Assembly (NCBI GenBank): GCA_035934405.1
Contig: DASYXW010000053.1
Span: 59,938-83,937, forward strand
Reading direction: 5' to 3'
Source of the DNA: Terriglobia bacterium
GTDB lineage: Bacteria > Acidobacteriota > Terriglobia > UBA7540
DNA: 24,000 nt
Part shown: positions 1 to 9,692 of the stretch, piece after piece
Layout: each line of letters starts with the position of its first letter
Position numbering within the stretch: the first letter of the stretch is position 1
Position numbers and translations under genes: made by a program
The notes under the pieces: model-generated
Databases searched by the model: none
What the model saw: the letters and a program-made list of their open reading frames with translations, nothing else
What the model was told of the DNA's origin: nothing

Positions 1-263
1 CGATCGTAGGTGACGTAGATGAGCAGATAGACTCCGGCGAGTCCCAGCAACACCATGAGGAGCGAGCCCAGCCAGCGCGGCAGCCGCAGCCGCTCGAGCC
101 CGCGCACGCCGGGGTCCAGCACGAAGGCAATGAGGATGGAGCAGACGAGAACGATGATGATGGAGCTGGCGTAGTAGAGGGCAAAGATCACAATGCCGAC
201 GGCGATGATCCGCAGGCTGGCGGACGAGGCGGAGGCAGGGATTTCTAACTTGCTCTCGGGCAT
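1..263 (-). CDS. AI-2E (PerM-like) family transporter, N-terminal part; the gene runs off the left edge
   Basis: Absent from the ORF track because it is truncated. Reverse-complement reading from ATG (cat at 261-263) gives MPESKLEIPASASSASLRIIAVGIVIFALYYASSIIIIVLVCSILIAFVLDPGVRGLERLRLPRWLGSLLMVLLGLAGVYLLIYVTYD, open to position 1. Two hydrophobic helices flank a P-x-V-x-x-LER-x-x-LPR loop, as I remember for AI-2E permease N-termini. Confidence 0.5.
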   Translation of the reverse strand, partial: MPESKLEIPASASSASLRIIAVGIVIFALYYASSIIIVLVCSILIAFVLDPGVRGLERLRLPRWLGSLLMVLLGLAGVYLLIYVTYD

Positions 264-335
264 CGGGTGACATCTCAGGTTTCGATCCTACGATCCACGG
301 AGCAGCGTACGCTCAACCCCATTGCTCGCAACCGG

Positions 336-992
336 CTACCTCGGGATGTAGCTCCCGAGCAAAGGAAGGATCTGGCCGGCGAAATCGGCCGCTCGCGCTT
401 GCCCGCTCGCGATCGCTTCGCCGTCACCGAGCGGGGTGATGACTCGGACGAGCGAGCCGTCCGTGCGGTTGAGCCGAATGGCGTCGGCGACGAGGTAGAA
501 CTTGGCTAGGTATTCGCTGGTCTCGGTGCGGCCGTGCGCCAAATACCAGTAAAGCGCCACCTGACGGTCCTGGCCCTTGGCAATCACGTAACGGTTCACC
601 GGGACATGCTCTCCGTCTGGCGCCTGAATCTGGATCACGTCGGACTCCTCGGGCACCCAGCCCGCGCCCGGCAGACAATGCTTGGGCGAATGAATCAAGT
701 CACCCGTCCGCTGGCTGGGGAAATAGGCGATGTAAAGGTCCAGATAGGCGCCGTCGGGGCGCTGGTAAATCCGCTCCATGAGGTCGCCGCCCGGCATGAG
801 ATCCCGCACCTCCTGCGTGATCGGCACCTGCTCCGCCTCGGTCCAGGCTCCCACTGAAGCCGGAAAAGAGTCCAGCGGCTGGCGCGGCATCTGTCTTTCA
901 GGCTGGGCGTGGGCGCGCAAGAAGGCGGCGGATATTCCAAGCAGGACGAGGACGGGAATGAATCGCGGCCACGATAAGGTTTGTTCTCGCAT
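336..992 (-). CDS. epsI: EpsI family exosortase-associated protein
   Basis: 218 aa with an N-terminal signal/anchor (FIPVLVLLGISAAFLRAHA). Contains the hallmark HSPKHCLPGAGW motif and YWY..G segment of the EpsI family. The start overlaps the stop of the upstream exosortase gene at 992. Confidence 0.85.
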   Translation of the reverse strand: MREQTLSWPRFIPVLVLLGISAAFLRAHAQPERQMPRQPLDSFPASVGAWTEAEQVPITQEVRDLMPGGDLMERIYQRPDGAYLDLYIAYFPSQRTGDLIHSPKHCLPGAGWVPEESDVIQIQAPDGEHVPVNRYVIAKGQDRQVALYWYLAHGRTETSEYLAKFYLVADAIRLNRTDGSLVRVITPLGDGEAIASGQARAADFAGQILPLLGSYIPR

Positions 993-1927
993 CAGGTCCT
1001 CCCCGGCCTTGCCGCACTCGCGGCGCGCCCGCGGCTGAACAGGGTTGCGGCCCAGCGCAGAGCGCCGTGCACCAGGATCAGAAATCCGAGCGACAGCAGG
1101 AAGATCACCCAGCCGGAAAATTCGTGAAAGAACCCTTGCGCCTTGTCGGGGCTCCAGTAGAGGCCGGTCAGGCCCGTCCCCATGATGCGCAGGCCGTTGG
1201 CGGCAACGGCAATCGGCGCCGCGGCTAGAATCAGGGCAATCCGCAGCCAGATCCGGGGCTCAAGGAAATACCCGTAGATGACGGCGAGAGTCCCCAGCGA
1301 CACCAGTGACCGGATGCCGCTGCACGCCGCCACCACTTCGAGCGACATGGTGGCGAGCTGGATCACGTTGCCTTCGCGCAGCACGGGAACGTGAAGGAAA
1401 GTGAGCAGCGACGCGGCAAGGTCCGAAGCCAGGAACTGCAGCGGCAGCGTGACCTGGTTGAGAATCAGTTCTGGGATGGGAATCATCAGAAAGAGCACCG
1501 CCCACGGAAACAGCACGGCGCGAAACCAGCGCCAGCCCTGGTAGTAAATCACCAGGCCGGCCAAAAGAAACACCAGCGACGACCGCGACAGAAAAAGTTC
1601 TGCGCCCAATACTCCCACCACCAGAATCCCCAGCGCGCCGGCAATGATGACGATTCCGAACCAGGAGGGCCTGATGGGAATGGCGCGCAAGAGTTCGCGC
1701 TCGCGCCACAAAACGTAGCCCGAAAAAAGCGGCACCAAGAAGCCGTGAGAAAAGTTTGGGTCGGTCCACCAGTCGAGCACCAGGAGGCGCAGGATACTCG
1801 TGTAGAGGTAAGCGAGCAGGATGACGAGCAACGCCCCCTGGAGCCACAGAATTGTGTGACGGCCGGCTGGCCGCACCACCGTGCCGGCCAGCGTCCCTTC
1901 TGACTGATTGTCCACGTCTGTGCTCAC
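992..1927 (-). CDS. exosortase (Xrt family transpeptidase)
   Basis: 311 aa, polytopic. Has the N-terminal W..DPNFSHGFLVP motif, the catalytic Cys in AACSGIRSL, Arg in ANGLRIMG and His in FHEFSGW. It is coupled to epsI. Confidence 0.85.
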   Translation of the reverse strand: MSTDVDNQSEGTLAGTVVRPAGRHTILWLQGALLVILLAYLYTSILRLLVLDWWTDPNFSHGFLVPLFSGYVLWRERELLRAIPIRPSWFGIVIIAGALGILVVGVLGAELFLSRSSLVFLLAGLVIYYQGWRWFRAVLFPWAVLFLMIPIPELILNQVTLPLQFLASDLAASLLTFLHVPVLREGNVIQLATMSLEVVAACSGIRSLVSLGTLAVIYGYFLEPRIWLRIALILAAAPIAVAANGLRIMGTGLTGLYWSPDKAQGFFHEFSGWVIFLLSLGFLILVHGALRWAATLFSRGRAASAARPGRT

Positions 1928-2023
1928 CTAGCCTGTGTATCCATGATCACCCTTACCACCATACCACTCTCGGCCCGCCGAGAAAAAAGCAATAAAGCCG
2001 ATCCTTCGCCCGCCGCGGCGGAC

Positions 2024-4132
2024 TCAAGATGACACGCTGGGCGTGCGGGCGCGGATCGCCTTCACGCGGCCTTCCACCACCGCGGCTTCCGTCTCGCGGC
2101 GCATCTTGCGCAGCAGCTTGGCGTAGCGCTCGAGACACGGGGCAACCCCCGGATGCTCCGGCCCCAGGGCCCCTTCCAGGACTTGCAGAGCCTGCTTGAA
2201 GTACTGCTCTGCCCGGTCATATTGGCGCTGGGCGTCAGAGAGCACCGCCAGGTTGTTGAGGCTGGTTGCGAGCGATGGATGGCGAGGGCCAAGGTTTTCC
2301 TTCTTCACCTCCAGCGCCCTCTCGAACAGGCGGCCGGCTTCGGCGTACTGGCCTTCGGTGCTGTAGAGGGCCGCAAGATTGTTGAGGCTCTGAGCCACGC
2401 TGATGTGGCCCGGGCCCAGGGCGTTTTCCTGGATTTCGAGCGCCCGCCGCAGCAACCCCTCCGCCTCCGCCTGCCGGCCGGTTGAGCTGTAAATCGCCGC
2501 CAGGCTGTTCAGGCCGGAGGCCAGCACCGGGTGTTCCGGGCCGAGGACGTTCTCCTGAATCGCGAGAGCCCTCTGCCACAGTGTGACGGCGCGGTCGTTT
2601 TCTCCCAACGAGCGCGACAGTTGGGCCAGACGGCTGAGCGTGTGGGCTACGTCGGGGTGATCGGGTCCAAGTGCCCGCTCGAATGTGGCGAGCGCCCGCT
2701 CGGTAAGCTCTCGGGCCTCGGCGTACTTGCGCTGGGCGTCACAAAGCTGGGCAAGGTGGTTCAGATCTGCCGCCACCGCGACGTGTTCCGCCCCCAGATG
2801 TTGCGTATCCATTTCGACCACCCTGCGCTCGAATCCCTCGGCTTCGCCGTATTTCCCCTGGCTGCTCAAGACCTCCGCCAGACGCCCCAGCGTGGCCAAG
2901 ACACCGGAAAGGCCGGCGGGTTGCAGAGACTCCCGAATCGCCAGGGCGCGCTGGTAAACCGGCTCCGCCTCCGCGTACCGGTGTTCGAGCGAGTAGAGCA
3001 AGCCGAGTTTGTCGAGCAGCGGAAGCAGGTCAGGATGCTCTGGCCCGAGCCGCGCTTCATCGCTTTCGAGCGAACGGCGGAGTTGGGCCTCAGCTTCGCC
3101 GTTCCGCCGCGCCCGCCCGTTGTTCTTTTCCGGAGCCGGGCTCTCGGGAGCCTGTGTAAACCTTGAGGCTCCAACCGGAGACGACTCCGTGGCCCGATCC
3201 AACGTCCGATCCGGGGGGCCGTGCGGCGCCAGATGAGCGAGACGATTCAAGGCGGCTTTTACTTCGGCCGCCAGGACGGAAGGATTCGAGCTCTCAGCTT
3301 CTGGGGCTGCCGACGGGTCGTCGAGCGGGGCCAGGGCAGCGTTCGCGCTCGTCTCCGCTCGGGCCGCCATGGCCACGATGTCTTGCGCCCGGCGCAACAC
3401 GGCTCCAGCCTCGGCGTGCCTGCCCTCGCGGCGGTACAGCTCGCCAAGGTTCTCGAGAATCACGGCGACGTCGGGATGTCCAGGTCCGAGGATCTTCTCC
3501 TTGATCGCCAGCGCCTGCTTGAAGAAGGTCTCCGCTTCGGGAAACATCCCGTGGGCATAGGAGACGGTAGCCAGATTGTTGAAGCAGGTGGCGACGTGCG
3601 AGTGCTCGAAGCCAACGGCCTGGATCCACATCGTCAAAGCGCGTGAGAGCGTGTCGAGGGCTCTTGAATAATCGCCTTCCGCCTTGTACAGCAGCGCCAG
3701 GTTGTTGAGGCTGGTGGCGACGGACGGGTGCTCGCGCCCCAACGCATACTCCTCAATCTCCATCGCCCGGCGGAAGAGCGGCTCGGCTTCCGCCCACCGT
3801 CCTTGCGTCGAGCACAGCGCGCCGAGGTTATTGAGGGTCTGCGCCACGCTCGGATCGTCATGCCCGCAGACGCTTTCCCGAAGCTCCAGGGCGTGGCGGA
3901 AGAGGGGTTCGGCGTCCGCAAACTTGCCCTGGGAGCGGAAAGCCTCCCCGAGATCGTTCAAGCTGGCCGCAAAGCGCGTGTCCTCCGGCCCGAACCGCCG
4001 CGCTTCTTCCACCGCCGCCCGGTGATGTTTCTCGGCCTCGGCATAGCGGCCCTCGTTGTAGGCGCGGTTTCCCGCCTCGCTGTGCGCCTGCCACTCGGCT
4101 GGCTGCGGAATGTCGGTCTCGGTCACTCGCAA
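2024..4132 (-). CDS. tetratricopeptide repeat protein (kinesin-light-chain-type TPR_10/TPR_12 arrays)
   Basis: 702 aa. Contains many 42-residue units of the form AEPL..RAL.I.E..LGPEHP.VA..LNNLA.LY...G.Y.EAE. Two arrays are separated by a Pro/Ala/Ser-rich linker. No signal peptide. Confidence 0.85.
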   Translation of the reverse strand: MRVTETDIPQPAEWQAHSEAGNRAYNEGRYAEAEKHHRAAVEEARRFGPEDTRFAASLNDLGEAFRSQGKFADAEPLFRHALELRESVCGHDDPSVAQTLNNLGALCSTQGRWAEAEPLFRRAMEIEEYALGREHPSVATSLNNLALLYKAEGDYSRALDTLSRALTMWIQAVGFEHSHVATCFNNLATVSYAHGMFPEAETFFKQALAIKEKILGPGHPDVAVILENLGELYRREGRHAEAGAVLRRAQDIVAMAARAETSANAALAPLDDPSAAPEAESSNPSVLAAEVKAALNRLAHLAPHGPPDRTLDRATESSPVGASRFTQAPESPAPEKNNGRARRNGEAEAQLRRSLESDEARLGPEHPDLLPLLDKLGLLYSLEHRYAEAEPVYQRALAIRESLQPAGLSGVLATLGRLAEVLSSQGKYGEAEGFERRVVEMDTQHLGAEHVAVAADLNHLAQLCDAQRKYAEARELTERALATFERALGPDHPDVAHTLSRLAQLSRSLGENDRAVTLWQRALAIQENVLGPEHPVLASGLNSLAAIYSSTGRQAEAEGLLRRALEIQENALGPGHISVAQSLNNLAALYSTEGQYAEAGRLFERALEVKKENLGPRHPSLATSLNNLAVLSDAQRQYDRAEQYFKQALQVLEGALGPEHPGVAPCLERYAKLLRKMRRETEAAVVEGRVKAIRARTPSVSS

Positions 4133-4268
4133 CGCTCCAGAGCGAACGCGGGCTCGCTCGCCTCACCCCTACAACCTAATCCCAATTGTCGCAGAGTTCA
4201 ACTTGTTGGCGCCAACCGGCGGCAAGGCCGCTGGAAAACGCGCGGAAAAGCAAAAACGAGGGAAATAG

Positions 4269-4294
4269 CCCTCTCCCGCCGCGGCGGGAGAGGG
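4269..4294. repeat. perfect 26-bp GC-rich palindrome in a divergent intergenic region
   Basis: CCCTCTCCCGCCG/CGGCGGGAGAGGG. Each half is the exact reverse complement of the other. It lies between the TPR gene start (4132) and the tRNA. Confidence 0.6.
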
Positions 4295-4501
4295 TGGCCG
4301 GTAGGCCGGGTGAGGGGTCACGTTTCGAGTGTCGCGATCGGTCGTCCCTGCCTTCTTTCTAACGCGCATTGATGTCACCAGGCACAGCCAGCCTATGATG
4401 GCCAGCTTATTGTAGAAAGCCTGCGAGTTTTCGAGTACAATTTGTGAACGCTGCGGGTGCTGGCCGCGCTGTACTCGACTGGCTTCCTGCTGGCGGACCG
4501 C

Positions 4502-4594
<93 letters not shown>

Positions 4595-4609
4595 GCCAGT
4601 TCCCCCAAC

Positions 4610-4639
4610 CGGCCGCCGACCACCGATCGGCGACGGCCG
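4610..4639 (+). terminator. imperfect GC-rich hairpin just downstream of the tRNA (possible terminator)
   Basis: CGGCCGCCGA...TCGGCGACGGCCG inverted repeat. It is followed by a T-containing stretch holding a tandem TCTGTAATCT(T)GAA duplication (4651-4680). There is no clean U-tract. Confidence 0.3.
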
Positions 4640-4736
4640 TCGAGCCTGATTCTGTAATCTTGAATCTGTAATCTGAAATCCCGCCGCGCTCGCGTCACCC
4701 ACCCCGCAACCGACCACCGGTTTACCAGCTTGGCAC

Positions 4737-4764
4737 TTGACAGCGCCGCTTTCCGTGCTATACA
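4737..4764 (+). promoter_or_regulatory. candidate sigma70-type promoter for the 4816 gene
   Basis: TTGACA (4737-4742), a 16-nt spacer, then TATACA (4759-4764), about 50 nt upstream of the ATG at 4816. Confidence 0.4.
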
Positions 4765-4815
4765 TGATGGCACTCGCTAGGCGGTGGTTTCTTGCTGACA
4801 CGACGGAGGTGGACG

Positions 4816-7407
4816 ATGATGACGCGCCGGTTTACCGCGCTCTGCGCCCTAGCTGGAGTTGGTGCTCTCGCTCTCTACCTAACCTTCTCCACGCCGAGCC
4901 GCGCTCAGGCGCCGGACGGCCTTCCTACGCCAACGATTGACATCACCAAGTACGGCGCGAAGGCGGACGCTCAGATTCAAAGTTCCTGCTCCGTAAACAA
5001 GGCGGGGGTGGGCACGGTAAACGCCGTTTACGGTTGCACAACCACGATGCCGTTCACAACTGCCGACATCGGCAAGACCATCGAAATCGTCGGCGCAGGC
5101 TCTTCGGGGGCGACACTGGTGACGACGATCGTAGCTCTAATCAACGACGATACTGGAGCCGCATGCACCATGGCGACATGCGCGGCGGTCCAAATCTTCG
5201 CCACGCCACCCGCCAGCACGTCTGGATTGGTCGTCTGGGGTACGGACAACGGCCCGGCGCTAACGGCGGCTGGCAACGCCTGCCCTGCCCCATCGAGCGG
5301 GTCGATTCCCCTGCCTGGCCCGTTTACTTCCAGGGGCTGCGTCTTACTGGTACCGAGCCCCGGAAGCAACGGAACCTCTGACTACATGTTCGCAACCGGA
5401 GCCGTGCTTGCCACGCAGGATAGCTTCGAAATCCGGGGCATGGGCAATTCGGGCAAGCCCGAGGGGAGCATCAATTCAGAATCCGGTGTTCGGTTCATTA
5501 CGGCCGCGCAAATTACGATCCTGACTGTAGGACAGTTCAGTACCGCAGCAAACAATCTTGGCGGCTTTCAGATTAGCAACATCACCTTCAGAGATGTGAG
5601 TGGCAACGGCTCGGCGCTCGGCGGGCTGGACATGATCCAGATGAGCGAGGCCGTCGTCGCCTACTGCGATTTCGAAGGCTTCGACGGCTCGATTCCTGAC
5701 CCGGCAAACCCCAACGCCACATTTCCACTTCTTGCCTACGGCATGAAGAGCGATCCCGGAACTCAGACTAACGGCATGCAGGAGGTGGGCTTCACGAACA
5801 ACATCGTACTCCTCCACGACAAGGGCCAGGACAACGCAGTTTTCTATGACTCATCAAATCCTGACGCCGACGGCCCCATCGTTCTCGGGGGAGACATCTT
5901 TCCCACCGACAATCTGAACCACGTGGGCGTCACGTTTTCTTGCTATGGAATCATTAGCGGCGGAACCATTCGGATGTACGGCACGCATTTCGACGTGGGA
6001 AGCGACACGACGCTGACGCCCAACCTATGCACCGGCGTTAAGCTGCTTACCGGCGGCATTATCAGCGCCAAGTTCGAGTCTACGGCCGCCCACCCGGGCA
6101 ACGGCATCCTTCTTCAGGGCGGCAACTCCGCTCCAAACTCCCTGCCGATGAATACGGGTGTTGTGCGAACGACCGGCGGTGGCGCAAACTACGTTACGCT
6201 CGCATTTTCCTCGCCACCGAATCCAGCCTTTATGGCCGGACAGTTGGTGAGCGTCAGTTGCGCGAATTCAAGTGATTTCAGTTTCAACGGTGTATTTGTG
6301 GTAGCGAGCGTGAACACGGGCACCAACACACTCACCTACGATCAAGTCCCCGGGGCGGCGGGGGAGACCAACAACAGCCATGGAGGTTGTACCGCTACCG
6401 GCAGAGCGGCAAACTTGGCCAAAATTGACGCCAGCATGATTAAGCTTAACATCGGGCTTACCATTCAAACCCACGCCAACAACAATCAGGCGACACTTCT
6501 GAGTTCGCAAACAACCACACCTTACAGCGACTCCGGAACCGCGGACATTATCCAGCTCTTAGGCACCTCGGGCAGCCAGACCATCTTCAACTATGGCGCG
6601 GCTACCGGAGCTAATGTGAACATGTTTTCACTGGCCGACGCGGCCATGAATACCGGAACGGGTTCTCTGCTAAACATAGCCACTTCTACCTTGTCGAACG
6701 CCCTCCCGATCACGATTACTGCTCAAGGTAACGCGAACGGAGTACAAATGAGCACCACCGGTGTTCTAGCCAAATTCGGCGCGGGCAGCGTGAACGCGGA
6801 CCAATGCAACAGCACTACTTGCGGGACGGTAACCAGCGTCACGGGAACCGCGAATCAGATCGACATAGCTACGGGCACTACTACCCCAGCTCTATCACTC
6901 GACAGCAGCCTGCATATTCCGGGGACTGTTTCGCAAATTAATGGAATCGGTACCGTAGGTCCAAACGGAGTTGCCGTTCCGTTGACCAACACCCCGTCAG
7001 GCACCCTGCGGGCGGCGTTGGCTGCGACCACTCTGATTACCACTCCAAACAACGGAATCAACGGAGATTACAAGCTCGACATAACCATAGTCCAGGTCGA
7101 TGTCGGATCAGGTTGCACCGGCTCGGCAGTCGTAAAGGTAAATGTCGTTTATGACGATCCTTTTCCCGGCGTGACGCAACCGGCGACCCTCAACATTCCG
7201 CTGGCGACCGGCGGCGGAACCGTGGTTCCCGGGTTGACCCTGACGAACGGCACGCCAGCCCAGGTCAATCAAGGCTCAGGTAGTTGGAACATTACGGCAA
7301 AGCCAAACACTGCCATTCAGTACGCGACCGCATATACCAACTGCTCAGGGAGCCCTACCTCAGAACCTGGGTACAACATTACAGCGAAACTCAAGGCCGC
7401 GGACTAG
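4816..7407 (+). CDS. large secreted protein with a probable tailspike/pectate-lyase-3-like beta-helix N-terminal region
   Basis: The ORF track starts at TTG 4792. I prefer ATG 4816, which has GGAGG at 4805-4809. Signal peptide MMTRRFTALCALAGVGALALYLTFSTPSRAQA. DITKYGAKADA resembles the (N)V.DFGA.GDG opening of Pectate_lyase_3/tailspike domains. The body is Gly/Thr/Asn/Ser-rich and the C-terminal region is beta-rich. Confidence 0.7.
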   Translation: MMTRRFTALCALAGVGALALYLTFSTPSRAQAPDGLPTPTIDITKYGAKADAQIQSSCSVNKAGVGTVNAVYGCTTTMPFTTADIGKTIEIVGAGSSGATLVTTIVALINDDTGAACTMATCAAVQIFATPPASTSGLVVWGTDNGPALTAAGNACPAPSSGSIPLPGPFTSRGCVLLVPSPGSNGTSDYMFATGAVLATQDSFEIRGMGNSGKPEGSINSESGVRFITAAQITILTVGQFSTAANNLGGFQISNITFRDVSGNGSALGGLDMIQMSEAVVAYCDFEGFDGSIPDPANPNATFPLLAYGMKSDPGTQTNGMQEVGFTNNIVLLHDKGQDNAVFYDSSNPDADGPIVLGGDIFPTDNLNHVGVTFSCYGIISGGTIRMYGTHFDVGSDTTLTPNLCTGVKLLTGGIISAKFESTAAHPGNGILLQGGNSAPNSLPMNTGVVRTTGGGANYVTLAFSSPPNPAFMAGQLVSVSCANSSDFSFNGVFVVASVNTGTNTLTYDQVPGAAGETNNSHGGCTATGRAANLAKIDASMIKLNIGLTIQTHANNNQATLLSSQTTTPYSDSGTADIIQLLGTSGSQTIFNYGAATGANVNMFSLADAAMNTGTGSLLNIATSTLSNALPITITAQGNANGVQMSTTGVLAKFGAGSVNADQCNSTTCGTVTSVTGTANQIDIATGTTTPALSLDSSLHIPGTVSQINGIGTVGPNGVAVPLTNTPSGTLRAALAATTLITTPNNGINGDYKLDITIVQVDVGSGCTGSAVVKVNVVYDDPFPGVTQPATLNIPLATGGGTVVPGLTLTNGTPAQVNQGSGSWNITAKPNTAIQYATAYTNCSGSPTSEPGYNITAKLKAAD

Positions 7408-7472
7408 CGAACAGACTGTTTTGGGAGCAATAAGCTCATTCAACACGAACAATCGAAGAGGAGAATAACAAC

Positions 7473-9575
7473 ATGAGAAATAAAAAGGAGCGACTGAGTC
7501 TCGGAATCATTCTCGCGGTGATGGCGTCGATGGGCAGTCTAGGAAGAAGCCTCCAAGCGCAGACGAACGCGGTGCCTTTCGTCAACCAGCCGCTCGTGCC
7601 GGAAGCGGCGGTGCCGGGCGGAGCCGGGTTCACTCTGACCGTGAACGGCACCGGGTTCGTTGCCGGGTCCATCGTGAACTGGAAAGGCAGCCCGCGCGCC
7701 ACCACCTTTGTTTCGAATTCACAATTGACGGCCGCGATTCTCGCTTCAGACATTTCCGTCCCTGGGACGGCTTCGGTTACGGTGACCAGTCCGGCGCCGG
7801 GCGGCGGAACTTCGAACGGCGCTTATTTCCAGGTTACCTCTCCGGTGTCCCCCGTACTCTTAAACAGCACCGACTACGCGACGGGTCAAAGTCCGTACTC
7901 CGTAGCGGTGGCTGATTTCAACGGCGACGGGAAACCGGACCTCGTGGTGTCAGACGTGACCCCGAGCACGGTCTCGGTGTTCCTCGGAAATGGTGATGGA
8001 ACGTTCCAGCCCCATGTGGATTATCCCGTGGCCTCGCTTCCTGACCAGTTGATCGTGGCTGATTTCAATGGCGACGGTAAGCCCGACCTTGCTGTGACCA
8101 ACGGTGACTGCGCGACGATCCCTTGTGAGCTCGCAGCGGTTTCCATTTTGCTCGGCAACGGCGACGGCACATTTCAAGCTCATAAGGAGTACGCAACCGC
8201 ATACTCGGAATACGCTATCGCCGCCGGCGACTTCAACGGCGACGGGAAGCTCGACCTGGCGGTGACAACGACTTGCGGGAGCGATTCTACTTGCGCGAAC
8301 TTGACGGGCGCTGTCTCCATCTTGCTTGGAAATGGAGACGGAACGTTCGGCGCGCATACGGATTATCCCAGCCCCGCCCTTGAAGTCCCTGGCGCCGTCG
8401 TGGTGGGCGACTTCAACCGCGATGGAAAGCTGGACATGGCAGTAGGGATGTTTTGCCCTACCTGCTTCCCGCCAGAGAATGGATCGGTTTCCGTCTTCCT
8501 CGGAAACGGTGACGGGACTTTCCAGCCCGCAGTCAGCTATGGGCTCAATAGTGGTGGTGGCCTGACAATGGTGGCAGCGGACTTCAACGGCGATGGCATT
8601 CTTGACCTGGTCGTTGGAGACTCCTACGTTTCGCTTCTCCAAGGCAACGGGGACGGCACCTTCCGCGCGCCGGTTGATTACCCCGCCCTCGGTCCGCCCA
8701 GCGCCCTGGCGGTCGGCGATTTCAACGGAGACGGCAAACTCGACGTTGCCGCTGCTGCGTCGAATTTCGGAATCACCGGAGTTTCCCTTCTCTACGGAAA
8801 TGGAAACGGGACTTTTCAAACCCATGTTGATTTTCCCGCCAGCGAATTCGCATCCTCGCTCGCCGCGGGAGACTTCAACGCGGACGGTAACCTCGACCTC
8901 GTGACAGCGAATGAGAATGACAATACCCTCTCGGTGCTCTCGCAAGCTGTGGGGCCGGTGGTGGCGCTGTCGCCAGCCAGTCTCACCTTTCCAACCCAAA
9001 TCGAGGGAACGATGAGCGCGCTTAAGAATTCCACGCTCACCAACACCGGTAACACCAGCCTGAGCATTTCGAGTCTGTCTGCGAGCAGTAGTTTTGGCCA
9101 GAAGAACACCTGCGGTGGCAGCGTGGCGGTGGGCGCGAGTTGTACGATTAGCGTGTCCTTTGATCCGAAGACCAAGGGCACGCTTACCGGAAATGTCAGC
9201 ATTGCCGACAACGCGCCGGGCAGTCCCCAAACTATCTCTCTTACCGGCACCGGCACAGCGGTGAAGCTTTCACCCACCTTCCTTGAATTTGGCAGCGTCA
9301 AGGTGGGCACGACGAGCGCCCCACAGACCATCACGCTGACCAACGTCGCCCCCAATAGCGCCCTGAGTATCGGCCGTATTGCGCTTACGGGCCAAAACCC
9401 CGGCCAATTTGCCCAGACCAACACCTGCGGGTCAAGCGTGCCTCCCGGCGGGAGTTGCACGTTCAGCGTGACGTTTACTCCCACGAAAAAAGGGAGCAAG
9501 CTCGCAGATTTATATATCTACGACAACGGCGGCGCTAGTCCGCAGATCGTGAACCTGAGCGGAGTGGGAACGTAA
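7473..9575 (+). CDS. secreted IPT/TIG + FG-GAP/VCBS repeat + choice-of-anchor-D (HYDIN-like) domain protein
   Basis: GAGGAG SD and a signal peptide. N-terminal [10 protein letters not shown]...SQLTA...VTV segment (IPT-like). About 8 repeats of [10 protein letters not shown]......VSV(L)LGNGDGTF. Two C-terminal LTN.G...L.I......F....CG..V..G.SC...V.F.P modules. Confidence 0.85.
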   Translation: MRNKKERLSLGIILAVMASMGSLGRSLQAQTNAVPFVNQPLVPEAAVPGGAGFTLTVNGTGFVAGSIVNWKGSPRATTFVSNSQLTAAILASDISVPGTASVTVTSPAPGGGTSNGAYFQVTSPVSPVLLNSTDYATGQSPYSVAVADFNGDGKPDLVVSDVTPSTVSVFLGNGDGTFQPHVDYPVASLPDQLIVADFNGDGKPDLAVTNGDCATIPCELAAVSILLGNGDGTFQAHKEYATAYSEYAIAAGDFNGDGKLDLAVTTTCGSDSTCANLTGAVSILLGNGDGTFGAHTDYPSPALEVPGAVVVGDFNRDGKLDMAVGMFCPTCFPPENGSVSVFLGNGDGTFQPAVSYGLNSGGGLTMVAADFNGDGILDLVVGDSYVSLLQGNGDGTFRAPVDYPALGPPSALAVGDFNGDGKLDVAAAASNFGITGVSLLYGNGNGTFQTHVDFPASEFASSLAAGDFNADGNLDLVTANENDNTLSVLSQAVGPVVALSPASLTFPTQIEGTMSALKNSTLTNTGNTSLSISSLSASSSFGQKNTCGGSVAVGASCTISVSFDPKTKGTLTGNVSIADNAPGSPQTISLTGTGTAVKLSPTFLEFGSVKVGTTSAPQTITLTNVAPNSALSIGRIALTGQNPGQFAQTNTCGSSVPPGGSCTFSVTFTPTKKGSKLADLYIYDNGGASPQIVNLSGVGT

Positions 9576-9661
9576 GAAAGCAGTGGCTAGTGGCTAGGGG
9601 TTATCGGTTAGGAGCTCGGTAGGCGACAGGACGGTAGGCAGGAGGCAGGTTCAAACGGCGC
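9576..9661 (+). repeat. conserved G-rich 3' element (copy 1) directly after the stop codon
   Basis: AAGAAAGCAGTGGCTAGTGGCTAGGGGTTA...GGTAGGCGACAGGACGGTAGGCAGGAGGCAGGTTCAAACGGCGC. It aligns with 12353-12449. Confidence 0.7.
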
Positions 9662-9692
9662 GATAGCCTATGATTCGGCGGCTAACAACCCG

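Noticed and set aside
1260-1903. ORFs of 195 aa (minus, alternate frame) and 170 aa (plus) overlapping the exosortase gene.
   Set aside because: The exosortase frame carries all the catalytic motifs. The alternates are Arg/Pro/Gln-rich low-complexity translations.
2062-4372. Numerous 60-214-aa ORFs in other frames across the TPR gene, e.g. 2531-3166 (plus) and 3728-4372 (plus).
   Set aside because: Only the 702-aa minus-strand frame shows periodic TPR repeats. The others are GC-driven open frames.
7950-9499. Long minus-strand ORFs (426 aa at 7950-9230, 227 aa at 8816-9499) antisense to the first FG-GAP gene. Similar ORFs occur at 10766-11143, 11342-11776 and 11611-12303 against the second.
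   Set aside because: They lie entirely inside strongly supported plus-strand genes. They have Arg/Gly/His/Val-rich nonsense composition with no motifs, no SD and no signal peptides. This is the typical stop-codon-poor antisense frame of high-GC coding DNA.
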